Source: a candidate division WOR-3 bacterium
GTDB lineage: Bacteria; Hydrothermota; Tepidihabitantia; Tepidihabitantales; Tepidihabitantaceae
Direction of reading: 5' to 3'
NCBI GenBank assembly: GCA_965649295.1
Contig: CBFGKH010000005.1
Span: 96,001-160,000 of the forward strand
DNA length: 64,000 bases
Shown here one piece after another: positions 38,204-47,972 of this stretch; the stretch's first letter is position 1, and the number at the start of each line of letters is the position of its first letter. A program made the translations under genes and the position numbers. Below the pieces are notes generated by a model. It ran no database searches and was not told the origin of the DNA. It saw nothing but the letters and a program-made list of their open reading frames with translations.

Positions 38204-40285
38204 GTGAAAGAATTCGGTTCCGAACACATCCGCAATCTTGGTTTCTTTGGCCACGGCGGTTCTGGTAAGACATCAATTGGCGAGGCGCTGCTCTTCGCCA
38301 TGAAACAGAACTCACGGCTCGGGTCGGTGGCTGATGGTACCTCTCTGCTCGATTATGATGAAGAGGAGATTACCCGCAAGTTCACGATCAACCTGAGTCT
38401 CGGCTACGGTGAGTATCGTGATACGCTAATCAACATCGTTGATGCGCCCGGTTATGCCGATTTCTTTGGCGAGGTCGTTTCGGCCATCCGAGCGGTGGAC
38501 AGCGCTGTGGTGGTGATTGACGCGAGTTCGGGCGTTGAGGTCGGAACCGAGATGGCCTGGCGTCGGATTGAGGATGCCAAGTTGCCGCGGGTTGTCTTTG
38601 TCAACAAACTGCGCAAGGAGAACACCAAGTTTGCGGTGACGGCGGAGGAGGTGCGCAAGGCGTTCGGGTCGCGTGTGACCCCGCTCCATCTGCCAATCGG
38701 CAGCGAAGCCGGGTTCAATGGTATCGTTGACATTCTCAACGATAAGGCCTACAGCTATGCAGGCGGCAGCCGCAAGGAGATTCCAATTCCTACCGAGCTG
38801 GCTGACACCGTTGCCCAGTGGAAGGAGCGACTGGTCGAGGCCGCGGCCGAGGTAGATGAAGGACTGATGGAGAAGTTCCTGGAGGGCACGCCAATATCGG
38901 CTGCCGAAATGCAGGCGGCGGTGCGTAAGGGTATCAAGGCCGGACTGGTCTATCCGTTGCTCTGCGGCGATGCCCTGGCTCAGATTGGCACTGACCTACT
39001 ACTGGATATTGCGGTGGACGTGTTGCCCAGTCCAGCCGAGATGCCACCGCAATCGGGCGTGGCCCCGGATACCGGCGCGGCCATCGAGGTCCGGCCTGAA
39101 CCGGACGGGCCGGTCTGCGCCTTTGTATTCAAGACCGTTTCTGAGGCCCACATCGGCGACATGCACTACGTTCGGGTCTTGCGTGGCCGGCTCGAGTCTG
39201 GCAGCACGGTTCTGAACGGCACTACCCAGCGCGAGGAGAAGATCAATCAGCTCTACATCGTCAAGGGCAAAGAGCGGGCCGAGGTCAACAAGCTCACCTG
39301 CGGCATGATTGGCGCACTGGTGAAGCTAAAGGAGACCCACACCGGTGACACGTTGGCTGACAAGCGTCAGCCGGTCAAGTTGCCGGCCATTGCCTTCCCC
39401 AAGCCGTCAATCTCGGTGGCGATTGTGCCGAAGAGCAAAGGCGATGAGGAACGTGTCTCGAATGGCCTAGCCCGGCTCCATCAGGAAGACCCGACCTTCT
39501 CACACGAGTACAACGTCGAGATTGGTCAGCAGCTTATCAATGGGATGGGTGAGCTGCACCTCGACGTCATCGTCGCTCGGCTGCGACGGCGGTTCGATGT
39601 CCATGTTGACCTTGTCAAGCCCCGCATCCCTTATCGGGAGACGATTACCCGCAAGGCTGAGGCCCAGGGTCGGCACAAGAAGCAGACCGGCGGCCGGGGC
39701 CAGTTCGGTGACTGCTGGCTGCGAGTCGAGCCGCTGCCACGGGGAGCGGGTTTTCAGTTCGTTGATGAGATCAAGGGCGGAGCGATTCCGGCCAAGTTCA
39801 TTCCGCCGATTGAGAAGGGCATTATCGAAACGATGGAGAAGGGTGTCCTTGCTGGCTATCACATGATGGACATCAAGGCGACGGTCTATGACGGCTCGTA
39901 CCATGATGTTGACTCGTCCGACATCGCGTTCAAGATTGCCGGCAGCCTGGCTTTCACCAACTGCTGCGAGAAGGCTGGACTGACGCTGCTCGAACCGATA
40001 ATGAACGCCGAGGTTACTGTCCCGGACCAGTACACCGGCGATGTGATGGGTGACCTCAATGCTCGTCGTGGGCGAATCATGGGCATGGAAGTACAGGGCA
40101 ACCTGCAGGTCATCAAGGCCCAGGTGCCGATGGCGGAGATGTATAAGTATTCGAACAGTCTGCGGTCAATGACCCAGGGCCGCGGTTTCTTCACCATGGA
40201 ATTCTCGCACTATGAAGAAGTGCCGCGCGAAATCCAAGCCAAGGTTATCGAGGAAGCCAAGCGGGCCAAGGAAGAGAAGAAGTAG
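38204..40285 (+). CDS. fusA: Elongation factor G (EF-G2-like paralog outside the str operon)
   Basis: AGGAGG RBS; GHGGSGKT, DAPG, GMGELHL, PYRETI, KKQTGGRGQFG, DGSYHDVDSS. Confidence 0.9.
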   Translation: MKEFGSEHIRNLGFFGHGGSGKTSIGEALLFAMKQNSRLGSVADGTSLLDYDEEEITRKFTINLSLGYGEYRDTLINIVDAPGYADFFGEVVSAIRAVDSAVVVIDASSGVEVGTEMAWRRIEDAKLPRVVFVNKLRKENTKFAVTAEEVRKAFGSRVTPLHLPIGSEAGFNGIVDILNDKAYSYAGGSRKEIPIPTELADTVAQWKERLVEAAAEVDEGLMEKFLEGTPISAAEMQAAVRKGIKAGLVYPLLCGDALAQIGTDLLLDIAVDVLPSPAEMPPQSGVAPDTGAAIEVRPEPDGPVCAFVFKTVSEAHIGDMHYVRVLRGRLESGSTVLNGTTQREEKINQLYIVKGKERAEVNKLTCGMIGALVKLKETHTGDTLADKRQPVKLPAIAFPKPSISVAIVPKSKGDEERVSNGLARLHQEDPTFSHEYNVEIGQQLINGMGELHLDVIVARLRRRFDVHVDLVKPRIPYRETITRKAEAQGRHKKQTGGRGQFGDCWLRVEPLPRGAGFQFVDEIKGGAIPAKFIPPIEKGIIETMEKGVLAGYHMMDIKATVYDGSYHDVDSSDIAFKIAGSLAFTNCCEKAGLTLLEPIMNAEVTVPDQYTGDVMGDLNARRGRIMGMEVQGNLQVIKAQVPMAEMYKYSNSLRSMTQGRGFFTMEFSHYEEVPREIQAKVIEEAKRAKEEKK

Positions 40286-40301
40286 CGGCTAGTGTTGCAA
40301 G

Positions 40302-41708
40302 CTAACTAGCCGGGCAACTTGCCCGGCTAGGCCTTTTTCTGTCCTCGTTGCGCAGCGAAAAGAAGGTCGTGGCAGCAAGCAGGCAGAGAATCGGTTCGAC
40401 TGGTGCCCGAAACCGGGCCTCGCCCACTGGCCCGGTCAATACCGTGAAATAGAGAATCGGTACCAGCAACCAATTGAGGCCGCGCGTCCGGCCACAAAGC
40501 AGGGCGATTAGTACTAGTACAAGCAGGACAGTGTTGAAGAGTAGCGCCAGCAGTAGCGTCAATTGCCCGAAACGCGGCAGGTGGGCAAGTCGTGATTCGC
40601 GAACGGTAGCAAGTGCAGCCCTGAACCGACCACGAAGCAGCAGGCTTTGGACATGCTGCATGACGTGCGGCTCTTGGGCGACGGTGGCAGCAGCACCAGC
40701 ATGAACTAGTAGCGGCCCGATGCTAATCGGCAGGACGTAGTTGCCGACAAATCCAGCCAGCATCACCTTGGCAAAAGCGAATGGCCGGCGTGCCAGTTCG
40801 GCCCAGGCTACCCGAGCGAGTGCTGGCCAGAGCGTTGCCTCATCAGCGGTATCGAGCGGGCCATAGCGGCGCTGGGCCTGAGCCAGCATCGAGTCACGGG
40901 CAGCAGTAATTGTCAGCCCCTGTTCGCTAGCGATGACGGTTGCGGCAGTGTAGAGATAGATGCTACGGTCGGCGATTGTTGATATGACATAGCGACCCGA
41001 GGCAGTGTGGTTACGGAGAGCCCAGGGTGCGATGACAATCAGTGAGCAGCCAATAGGCAAAAGAAACGACCACCAGCGGAACCGCTGGCGCTCGCGCCAC
41101 CAGCGGTCAAGCGCGCCAGCAGCGAGCAGGAGCGGGAAGTAGCTGGCAATCGGTCGGGTGAGAATCAGCAGGCCGGCAGCGGTGCCAGCGCCAATTAGGT
41201 CCGCGAGTCTAGCGCTGCTACGGTAGCGGTTGAAAATGAGTAGCGTCGTAAGCAGGATGAGCGAGAAGAGCGTTTCGGTGACGAGCCGAGTGGCGATAAA
41301 CGCCAGGTTCGGGCTGAGTCCGGTCAGGGTGGCAGCTAGTGCCGCGCCAGCCCGGTTGAGACCACTCTCAAGCGCCAGGCGCCAGACAATCAGGATGATG
41401 GCAAGCGAGAGTACGGCTTGAAGCAGGACCGCCCAGAGCAACGACGAGCCAGGTAGGAGATAGGCCGGGACTAGAAAGGCAGGGTAGATTGGCGTCCGGT
41501 TCAGTTCTGGCCGAAAAGGCGGGACCGAATCGCGCGAGAATGTCCGGTGACGGGCAAGGTTGGCAGCTAGCCGGTCGTATTCGGTGCCGTCGGCGATCGA
41601 GTCAACAACCTTGGTGCGGAGCGGCGTCGCGGGTAGAAAGACAAAGACCAGTCGCAGCCCGAGCGCGATTAGGATGGCAAGCCCCAGCCAGCGACTAGCT
41701 GATTTCAT
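40302..41708 (-). CDS. GT-C (ArnT/PMT, family 39-like) membrane glycosyltransferase
   Basis: D..EY..LA-NL, RTPIYP, TE-LF, LTRP, PW-LRN, RFR-P; multiple TMs. Confidence 0.8.
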   Translation of the reverse strand: MKSASRWLGLAILIALGLRLVFVFLPATPLRTKVVDSIADGTEYDRLAANLARHRTFSRDSVPPFRPELNRTPIYPAFLVPAYLLPGSSLLWAVLLQAVLSLAIILIVWRLALESGLNRAGAALAATLTGLSPNLAFIATRLVTETLFSLILLTTLLIFNRYRSSARLADLIGAGTAAGLLILTRPIASYFPLLLAAGALDRWWRERQRFRWWSFLLPIGCSLIVIAPWALRNHTASGRYVISTIADRSIYLYTAATVIASEQGLTITAARDSMLAQAQRRYGPLDTADEATLWPALARVAWAELARRPFAFAKVMLAGFVGNYVLPISIGPLLVHAGAAATVAQEPHVMQHVQSLLLRGRFRAALATVRESRLAHLPRFGQLTLLLALLFNTVLLVLVLIALLCGRTRGLNWLLVPILYFTVLTGPVGEARFRAPVEPILCLLAATTFFSLRNEDRKRPSRASCPAS

Positions 41709-42366
41709 ACCATGGTCGCCGCACCCGTCCTTTGGCCAGCAGTCCAAAGAGGAAGCCCGCGCCGAAACCACCAATGTGGGCAAAGTAGGCAACACCGCCT
41801 GCACCCGGTACTGAGCTGCAGCCGTTCAGGACCTGAAACACAACCCAGAAGCCAAGCAGTAGCGAGGCGGGTAGGTAGATGAGGCGGATGAAGAAGAATA
41901 TCGGGATGAGGGTCAATACCCGGGCACGCGGAAAAAGTACAAAGTAGGCGCCCATGACACCAGAGATGGCACCGGATGCGCCAATCATCGGTACGGTTGA
42001 GTTGGGAGCAAAGAGCACTTGGAGCAACGAGCCGGCTAGACCAGAGACAAGATAGACTGCCACGTAGCCAAGGTGGCCGAAAGCGTCCTCGACATTGTCG
42101 CCGAAGACCCAGAGGTAAAGCATGTTGCCAAGGTAGTGCAAAAACCCACCGTGCAGGAACATTGCGGTGAATAAGGTGATGAGCCGCTGGCCGCGGACAA
42201 TCGCGGCCGGAATCATGCCGTAGGTCTTGATGATAGTGTCAGCCGCGAGCGGGTCAGCAAGTTCGTTCAGAACCTGCCAAGCAAAGACAACAGTGCAGGC
42301 ACCAATCAGAGTGTAGTTGAAGAACGGGCGGTGTCGGGCCCGAACGTCATCGTATAGTGGTATCAC
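41695..42366 (-). CDS. Rhomboid intramembrane serine protease
   Basis: FLHGG..H..GNM, GASGAISG, AHIGG. Confidence 0.92.
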   Translation of the reverse strand: MIPLYDDVRARHRPFFNYTLIGACTVVFAWQVLNELADPLAADTIIKTYGMIPAAIVRGQRLITLFTAMFLHGGFLHYLGNMLYLWVFGDNVEDAFGHLGYVAVYLVSGLAGSLLQVLFAPNSTVPMIGASGAISGVMGAYFVLFPRARVLTLIPIFFFIRLIYLPASLLLGFWVVFQVLNGCSSVPGAGGVAYFAHIGGFGAGFLFGLLAKGRVRRPWYEIS

Positions 42367-42854
42367 GAGCGGGCCAGTAGCACCGTGACGATAGCGCTGA
42401 TGCTCTGTTTGGGCAGGGCAAGGCGGGTGCCTTCAGTTGTCTTCGCCTTCAGCCCAATCTGCGCTGGTCTGACCCCGAGGATGGAGGCAATCCTCTCTCT
42501 GATGGTATTGGCGACCGGTGCCAGTCGGGGCCTATCGCAGACGAGCGTGCAATCGGCGTTTAGCAGGCGGTATTTGCGTCGGCGTACCTCGGCCCAGACC
42601 GCAGCCAGCATGGCAGCGCTGTCGGCGTCTTTGTACTTGGGGTCAGAATCGGGGTAGCGGCAGCCGATGTCCGGTAGGCCAACTGCGCCGAGAATGGCAT
42701 CGGTAAGGGCATGGAGTAGAACATCAGCATCAGAATGGCCAATAAGCCCCTTATCTTCGGGCAGTTGGACGCCGCCAAGCACGAGGCGACGACCCTTGGC
42801 CAGACGGTGCGCGTCGAAGCCAAGACCGATGCGGACAACTGGGGAACGGTTCAA
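42363..42854 (-). CDS. ispF: 2-C-methyl-D-erythritol 2,4-cyclodiphosphate synthase
   Basis: RIGLGFDAH, GHSDADV-LHA-DA-LGA, DIG, KAKTTE. Start approximate. Confidence 0.93.
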   Translation of the reverse strand: MNRSPVVRIGLGFDAHRLAKGRRLVLGGVQLPEDKGLIGHSDADVLLHALTDAILGAVGLPDIGCRYPDSDPKYKDADSAAMLAAVWAEVRRRKYRLLNADCTLVCDRPRLAPVANTIRERIASILGVRPAQIGLKAKTTEGTRLALPKQSISAIVTVLLARS

Positions 42855-42936
42855 GGTCGGCCATTGTAGCACGGTGCTTGGGCAGGTCAAGGCCGCGTAG
42901 AATTGACAGTCTTGGTCATCATTGTATGATTGCACC

Positions 42937-44835
42937 GTGCTGAAAGTGTTGGTGAATGGCGAAGTTCGGCAGGTCGAGCCAGGACTCACCCTCGAGCAGT
43001 TGCTGGCTGACCCAGCAGCCATCGTTGCCCGGGTTGACGGCCGACTCGCCGACTTGACCGAAGTGCTCGACCACGATGCCACGGTCGAGTCGGTTCGGTT
43101 TGAGTCACCGGACGGCCGCGAGGTCTATTGGCATTCAGCATCGCATCTGCTGGCCCAGGCAGTGAAGCAGCTCTTTCCGACCGCCAAAGTGACGATTGGG
43201 CCAGCTGTGGCCGAAGGTTTCTACTACGACTTTGATGTTGAGAAGCCGTTCAGCGAGGAAGACCTGGCCCGGATTGAGGAGCGGATGCGCGAACTGGCAG
43301 CGCAGGCCATTCCGGTTGTGCACCGGCTGCTGCCGCGGGACGAGGCAATCAGGCTCTTTCAGCAACGCGGCGAGACCTACAAGCTTGAACTGATTGACGG
43401 AATTCCTGACTCAACGATATCGGTTTACGAGCAGGGCGACTTTGTTGACCTGTGCCGGGGTCCGCATGTGACCAATACCGGCCGGCTCAAGGCGGTCAAG
43501 CTATTGAGCGTGGCCGGCGCCTACTGGCATGGCGATGAGCGCAACCGGATGCTCTCCCGCATTTACGGCGTTGCTTTTCCGACTGAGGAGCAGTTGCGGG
43601 CGCATCTGGACTGGCTTGAGGAGGCGCGGCGGCGTGACCACCGCAAACTGGGGCCGGCGCTGGACCTTTATAGCTTCCACGATGAGGCAGGGGCCGGGCT
43701 GGCGTTCTGGCATCCTAAGGGTGCCACGGTCCGGCGACTGATTCAGCAGTATTGGGAGCAGGAGCATATCGCCGCCGGTTACCAGCTAGTTGTCACGCCC
43801 CACATTGCCCGTGGCAAGCTTTGGGAGCAGTCTGGTCATTTCAGCTACTACCGCGACAACATGTACACCATGACCGTGGATGAAGAAGAGTATGTGCTCA
43901 AGCCAATGAACTGTCCTGGCCACATGCTCATCTACCGCACGCGGGTTCACTCCTACCGTGACCTGCCGCTGCGCATGGCCGAGTGGGGCACGGTCTATCG
44001 TTACGAGCGTTCCGGCACCCTGCACGGTATGTTACGTGTCCGTGGTTTCACCCAGGACGACGCCCATATCTTCTGCACTGCCGAGCAGGTTGAGGATGAG
44101 GCTTATGGCGTGGTGGCGCTGTCGCTGAAGATTCTTAGGAAGTTCGGGTTTGAGGATTTTCGGGTTGACCTGTCGGTGCGCGACCCCAACAATCGGGCCA
44201 AGTACATGGGCAGTGACGAGCAGTGGGAACTGGCTGAACGGTCACTGGTGCGGGCGCTGGGCCGCCTTGAACTGCCCTATCACCGCGCTGAGGGTGAGGC
44301 GGTCTTCTATGGCCCAAAGATTGACATCAAGCTCCGCGACTCGCTTGGCCGAGAATGGCAGTGTCCAACCTGTCAGTTTGATTTCAACCTCGGCCCGCGG
44401 TTTGATCTCTACTACATGGGCCGCGACGGCCAGCACCATCAGGTCTATCTTGTCCACCGCACCGTGCTCGGCGGTATCGAGCGGTTCATGGGGATTCTGA
44501 CCGAGCACTATGCTGGTGCGTTCCCGACCTGGCTGGCACCGGTTCAGGTGCGGGTGCTGACCCTGACCGATGCCCAGGAAGAGTATGCGCGCAGGCTTGT
44601 TGCCCGCTGTCAGCAGGAAGGGCTGCGGGTGGAGCTTGATGCCGGCAACGAGAAGATCAATTTCAAAATCGGCGAAGCTGAACGGCAGAAGATTCCGTTC
44701 ATGCTTGTCGTCGGCGGGCGTGAGGCCCAGAACAACACTGTCTCACTCCGCCGCCACGGCAAGGGCAACCTTGGAGCAGTCCCGGTCGAAGCGGCGCTGG
44801 CCCAAATCAAGGAGGAAGGCAACGTACCCAGGTAA
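42937..44835 (+). CDS. thrS: Threonyl-tRNA synthetase
   Basis: HSASHLLA, DLCRGPH, RDHRKLG, KPMNCP, RVRGFTQDDAH, FYGPKID. Confidence 0.97.
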   Translation: MLKVLVNGEVRQVEPGLTLEQLLADPAAIVARVDGRLADLTEVLDHDATVESVRFESPDGREVYWHSASHLLAQAVKQLFPTAKVTIGPAVAEGFYYDFDVEKPFSEEDLARIEERMRELAAQAIPVVHRLLPRDEAIRLFQQRGETYKLELIDGIPDSTISVYEQGDFVDLCRGPHVTNTGRLKAVKLLSVAGAYWHGDERNRMLSRIYGVAFPTEEQLRAHLDWLEEARRRDHRKLGPALDLYSFHDEAGAGLAFWHPKGATVRRLIQQYWEQEHIAAGYQLVVTPHIARGKLWEQSGHFSYYRDNMYTMTVDEEEYVLKPMNCPGHMLIYRTRVHSYRDLPLRMAEWGTVYRYERSGTLHGMLRVRGFTQDDAHIFCTAEQVEDEAYGVVALSLKILRKFGFEDFRVDLSVRDPNNRAKYMGSDEQWELAERSLVRALGRLELPYHRAEGEAVFYGPKIDIKLRDSLGREWQCPTCQFDFNLGPRFDLYYMGRDGQHHQVYLVHRTVLGGIERFMGILTEHYAGAFPTWLAPVQVRVLTLTDAQEEYARRLVARCQQEGLRVELDAGNEKINFKIGEAERQKIPFMLVVGGREAQNNTVSLRRHGKGNLGAVPVEAALAQIKEEGNVPR

Positions 44836-45367
44836 AGTAGTTCGCGACGCATTCAAGGACCGTCCCCGCGTCAATGAGCAGATTCGGGTGCCGTATGTCC
44901 GCGTCATCGGCACCGACAAAAAGCCGATTGGCATCCTGCCGACGCGTGAGGCGATTAATCTGGCCCGACGCCAGGACCTCGATCTTGTTGTCCTGGCTCC
45001 AAACGAAGACCCGCCCGTCTGCGGCATTCTCGACTTCGGCCGCTACCTCTACGAGCAGAAGCTGCGGCAGAAGGAGTCGAAGAAGAAGCAGCACGTCACC
45101 GCGGTGCGCGAGATGCGGATGAAAATGAAGATTGGGCCGGGCGACTACGAGGTCAAGATTAGAAAGATGCGGGAATTTCTCCTTGATAAAGACCGCATTC
45201 GTGTCACTCTGATTCTGCGCGGCCGAGAGGTTGTCCATGCCGACCTGGGAATGAAACTGATGCAGCGCATCGCCGAAGACCTGGCTGATGTCGGTCGGGT
45301 CGAGCAGATGCCGAAAATGATTACCGAAGGTAGAAAGTCTATCCAAATGATGCTGGTGCCAAAATGA
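44822..45367 (+). CDS. infC: Translation initiation factor IF-3 (non-canonical start)
   Basis: RVNEQIR, LDLV..AP...PPVC-I-DFG, RGRE; thrS-infC-rpmI-rplT order. Start inferred. Confidence 0.92.
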   Translation, partial: TYPGKVVRDAFKDRPRVNEQIRVPYVRVIGTDKKPIGILPTREAINLARRQDLDLVVLAPNEDPPVCGILDFGRYLYEQKLRQKESKKKQHVTAVREMRMKMKIGPGDYEVKIRKMREFLLDKDRIRVTLILRGREVVHADLGMKLMQRIAEDLADVGRVEQMPKMITEGRKSIQMMLVPK

Positions 45368-45564
45368 AACAGAAGCTAAAATCACTCAGCTCGCTCAAGA
45401 AGCGAATCAAGCGCAGTGCCGGCGGCAAGTTTCTGCACAAACGCAGCGGCCGCAGTCACAACAACGCCTGCAAGAGCAAGCGGCGCAAGCGGCTGCTCAA
45501 CCGGCCGGCGGTCCTCACCCCGGAGCAGGGAAAGCGGATTGCTAAGCTCGTGCCCTACAAGTAA
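45364..45564 (+). CDS. rpmI: 50S ribosomal protein L35
   Basis: K-K..S..KKR-K..A-GK, H...K..KRKR-L; operon position. Confidence 0.9.
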   Translation: MKQKLKSLSSLKKRIKRSAGGKFLHKRSGRSHNNACKSKRRKRLLNRPAVLTPEQGKRIAKLVPYK

Positions 45565-45573
45565 GGAGAGAGG

Positions 45574-45933
45574 ATGCCCAGAGTCAAGACTGGTCCCTAC
45601 ACCCGACAACGTCGCAAGAAATGGCTCAAACAGGCGAAAGGCTACTGGGGCGGCAAATCGCGCCTCTATAAGACTGCCCGCGAACAGGTCGTCCATGCTG
45701 GCCGCACCGCCTATAAGGAGCGCAAGCGCAAGAAACGGGTCTTCCGCTCGCTGATGATAATCCGAATCAATGCTGCCTTGAAGCAGTTTGGCCTGCCCTA
45801 CAACCGCTTCATCAACGGTCTCAACCGGGCTCGGGTGGAGCTTGACCGCAGCGTGATTTCGGAGCTGGCAATCCACCATCCCGATGACTTTGCCCAACTG
45901 GTCGAGCTGGCCAAGACCAGCCTGGCCAGCTAG
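45574..45933 (+). CDS. rplT: 50S ribosomal protein L20
   Basis: MPRVK, AKGYWG, RKRKKR-FR-L-I-RINAA. Confidence 0.97.
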   Translation: MPRVKTGPYTRQRRKKWLKQAKGYWGGKSRLYKTAREQVVHAGRTAYKERKRKKRVFRSLMIIRINAALKQFGLPYNRFINGLNRARVELDRSVISELAIHHPDDFAQLVELAKTSLAS

Positions 45934-45945
45934 GGCCAACTGCTG

Positions 45946-45982
45946 ACAGCGATGCAGGGGCGCAACTGCGCCCCTGCGCTGT
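45946..45982. terminator. GC-rich hairpin between convergent rplT and the 46068 gene
   Basis: Inverted repeat GCAGGGGCGCA-ac-TGCGCCCCTGC. Confidence 0.6.
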
Positions 45983-46067
45983 TGCTAGTGGCCTAGGCCG
46001 ACCGGTTGGGGCGAAACGGAAGACCGGCGCGGGGCCGGTCTTTGACAAAGCGACTGACGATGGAGAG

Positions 46068-46538
46068 CTAGCGGCCCTCGCGCTGCCGCAGCGCTGCGAA
46101 CTTGGCCCGCAGGTCCGACTTTTGGGACGGCGGCCCACCCTCGCGCAGCAGCACCACCCGCAACCGGCCATCACTGGCGCGATGGTAGTAGCCGAATCGG
46201 CAGCGGACATTGCCGGCCTGACAGAGCTGCTGGGCAAAGCCCAGACTGACCTGCGGCACGACGAGATAGAGCGGTGGGCCCAGTCCGGCCAGCTCACGCC
46301 AATGCCCCAATTCAGAACTCTCAATTGTGTCAATGGTCTCGACCTCGATGATATAGCGGACCCGGGTGGTGCCTTTCTCCATGACAAGGATGTCCGGGTA
46401 GTGGCGGCCGATGCCGGTGCGGCGTTCGCTGCCGGGATTGGTGTAGATGGCGTATTTGGCGCTGCTAGCAAACTGCTCAGCCGCGGCCTCAATCACCAGG
46501 TCGTGTTCGGCTTGTTCCGCAGTCTGCCTCTGCGCCAT
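46068..46538 (-). CDS. Hypothetical protein with a PD-(D/E)xK-like motif
   Basis: YPDILV...YIIEVET; own promoter TTGACA(46575)-17-TACCAT(46552). Confidence 0.65.
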   Translation of the reverse strand: MAQRQTAEQAEHDLVIEAAAEQFASSAKYAIYTNPGSERRTGIGRHYPDILVMEKGTTRVRYIIEVETIDTIESSELGHWRELAGLGPPLYLVVPQVSLGFAQQLCQAGNVRCRFGYYHRASDGRLRVVLLREGGPPSQKSDLRAKFAALRQREGR

Positions 46539-46894
46539 CTCGGCTTATGGTAGGCCGGACTGGACCGGGTGTCAAGAGGCGGTAGCGCGGGCTTTCGGAG
46601 GCAATGGGCAGAACCCTGCTTGGGTCGGTAGCCCCAATGCCGGCAGGAGGAGTGGTAGCAGCACTGGGCCGACCAAATTGCCCGACGCTGGTTTGGATAT
46701 TTCGGGGCAGGCTTTGCTTGGGTGGTTGGGCAGGGCGGTGGCAGGGACCTAAACAGGGGGCATCGCCAGAGCGATGGCCAAGGCTTGGTCAAGGAGGCTG
46801 CCTTTGGCCTGACCAAGTGTCGCCGAAAATGGCCGTCCGGACAGCAGGGGTAAGGGCTGGGGGGACGGCCTCTGGACGGCCCAGGGGACGGGGA

Positions 46895-46932
46895 TTGCCG
46901 GGCTTGGGCCGACCGAGCGTATGTACAGTGAG
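46895..46932 (+). promoter_or_regulatory. Putative ECF-sigma promoter, copy 1
   Basis: TTGCC-N14-CGAGCGTATGTA-NN-GTGAG, repeated with the same spacing at 48704-48741. Confidence 0.65.
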
Positions 46933-46993
46933 GAGAAAGCAAGACAGGCAGGTGGTAAACGGTCTGGGGTGGTCGGATGAAGGGAGGAGCAGC

Positions 46994-47359
46994 ATGGTCG
47001 AAGTAAATGCGAAGAGGATTGAAGAACTGGTACTGGCAATCTGCCGGCCAGTGCTGAATGATGGGGGCCTGCGCCTGCCTGAATATCTGCTTGCCGAGTG
47101 GGCGGGTCGGGAGCTTGGCCGACTGGTGCGAACAGCGCCGGCTGACCGGTTTTCGGTCCAATTGGCAGAGTGGGTTGCAAAGTGGACTGCTAACGGTCTT
47201 AGCCGGGGGTTGCTGGTGGAGCTGGCCCGACGGGTATTGGCCAAGTTGGGTTTGAGCGAGGAGGAGGTGGGTGATGGCTGGGTCAGGCAGGCGGGTGCCC
47301 GGGCAGCCGACCAGGTCGCGGCTGCAGGCGATTGTGACCGCAGCCGGCTGTCCGGATGA
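46994..47359 (+). CDS. Helical paralog 1 (SIRV2-MCP-like C-terminal bundle, putative)
   Basis: GGGAGGAG RBS; PVLNDGG...GRELGR...VAKWTANGLSRGLL. Confidence 0.65.
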   Translation: MVEVNAKRIEELVLAICRPVLNDGGLRLPEYLLAEWAGRELGRLVRTAPADRFSVQLAEWVAKWTANGLSRGLLVELARRVLAKLGLSEEEVGDGWVRQAGARAADQVAAAGDCDRSRLSG

Positions 47360-47552
47360 CCGGCTGCCGGCGTATCTCTCCTTTGCACAGGAGTTTTGGC
47401 ACAGCCTCCGGCGCCGGCCATATCCTGATTTCACGGTAAGGACCAAGCGGGTGGTGGCGAAGTGGTTTCGGCGCGGACTGTCTGGGCGCCGGCTCTGGCT
47501 GGTCGGAGCGGCGATTCTGCGCCAGCGGTTCGGACGCGGCTACTGGACCTAG
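47274..47552 (+). CDS. Helical paralog 2 (SIRV2-MCP-like C-terminal bundle, putative)
   Basis: GGAGGT RBS; AIVTAAGCP...AYLSFAQEFW...VAKWFRRGLS. Confidence 0.65.
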   Translation: MAGSGRRVPGQPTRSRLQAIVTAAGCPDDRLPAYLSFAQEFWHSLRRRPYPDFTVRTKRVVAKWFRRGLSGRRLWLVGAAILRQRFGRGYWT

Positions 47553-47564
47553 CTGGAGGTGGTT

Positions 47565-47972
47565 ATGCCAAAATCGGTGGAGCAGATTTGTCGCAAGTAT
47601 GAGGCCCGGTTGCGCGCCGGCCGGATGGGGCCAGTAAGCGAAGAGCGGGCAAGGCTGCAGTTGGCTAGGTTCCGTCAGGCAGTTGAGCACGACCGAGCGC
47701 TGGTTGACGTAACCAGTCAGGTGCTGGCTGCGCTGACCGTGTCCTCAATTGAGTGGCCGTTCTACTACGGGCTGGTGCGGCAACTGGATAGGCTACAGCG
47801 GCGAGGATTCTCAGGGCTGACCCTGGCCCTCGAAGCACGGCTGGCGATTGAACGTTGGGCACACCGCGGACTGGCACGGACCGTGCTCGAACGGCTTTGT
47901 CGGGACGTGCTGGGGATTGTGCCCCAGCCGTCGGTTAGGCCAGACCGGCCAGCCAGGCCTGGACGCGAGTAG
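47565..47972 (+). CDS. Helical paralog 3 (full-length SIRV2-MCP-like, putative)
   Basis: GGAGGT RBS; RKYEARL...SQVLAALTV...WPFYYGLVRQL...RWAHRGLARTVLERLCRDVLG. Confidence 0.7.
   Translation: MPKSVEQICRKYEARLRAGRMGPVSEERARLQLARFRQAVEHDRALVDVTSQVLAALTVSSIEWPFYYGLVRQLDRLQRRGFSGLTLALEARLAIERWAHRGLARTVLERLCRDVLGIVPQPSVRPDRPARPGRE

Noticed and set aside
44570..44821. N-terminal extension of infC
   Set aside because: Lies inside thrS and has no IF3 similarity.
46493..47446. Long antisense ORFs (317 aa, 210 aa) and the N-terminal extension of the 46604 ORF
   Set aside because: Pro/Arg/Ser-rich shadow frames. The + strand genes have RBSs and mutual homology, and the extension spans the promoter.
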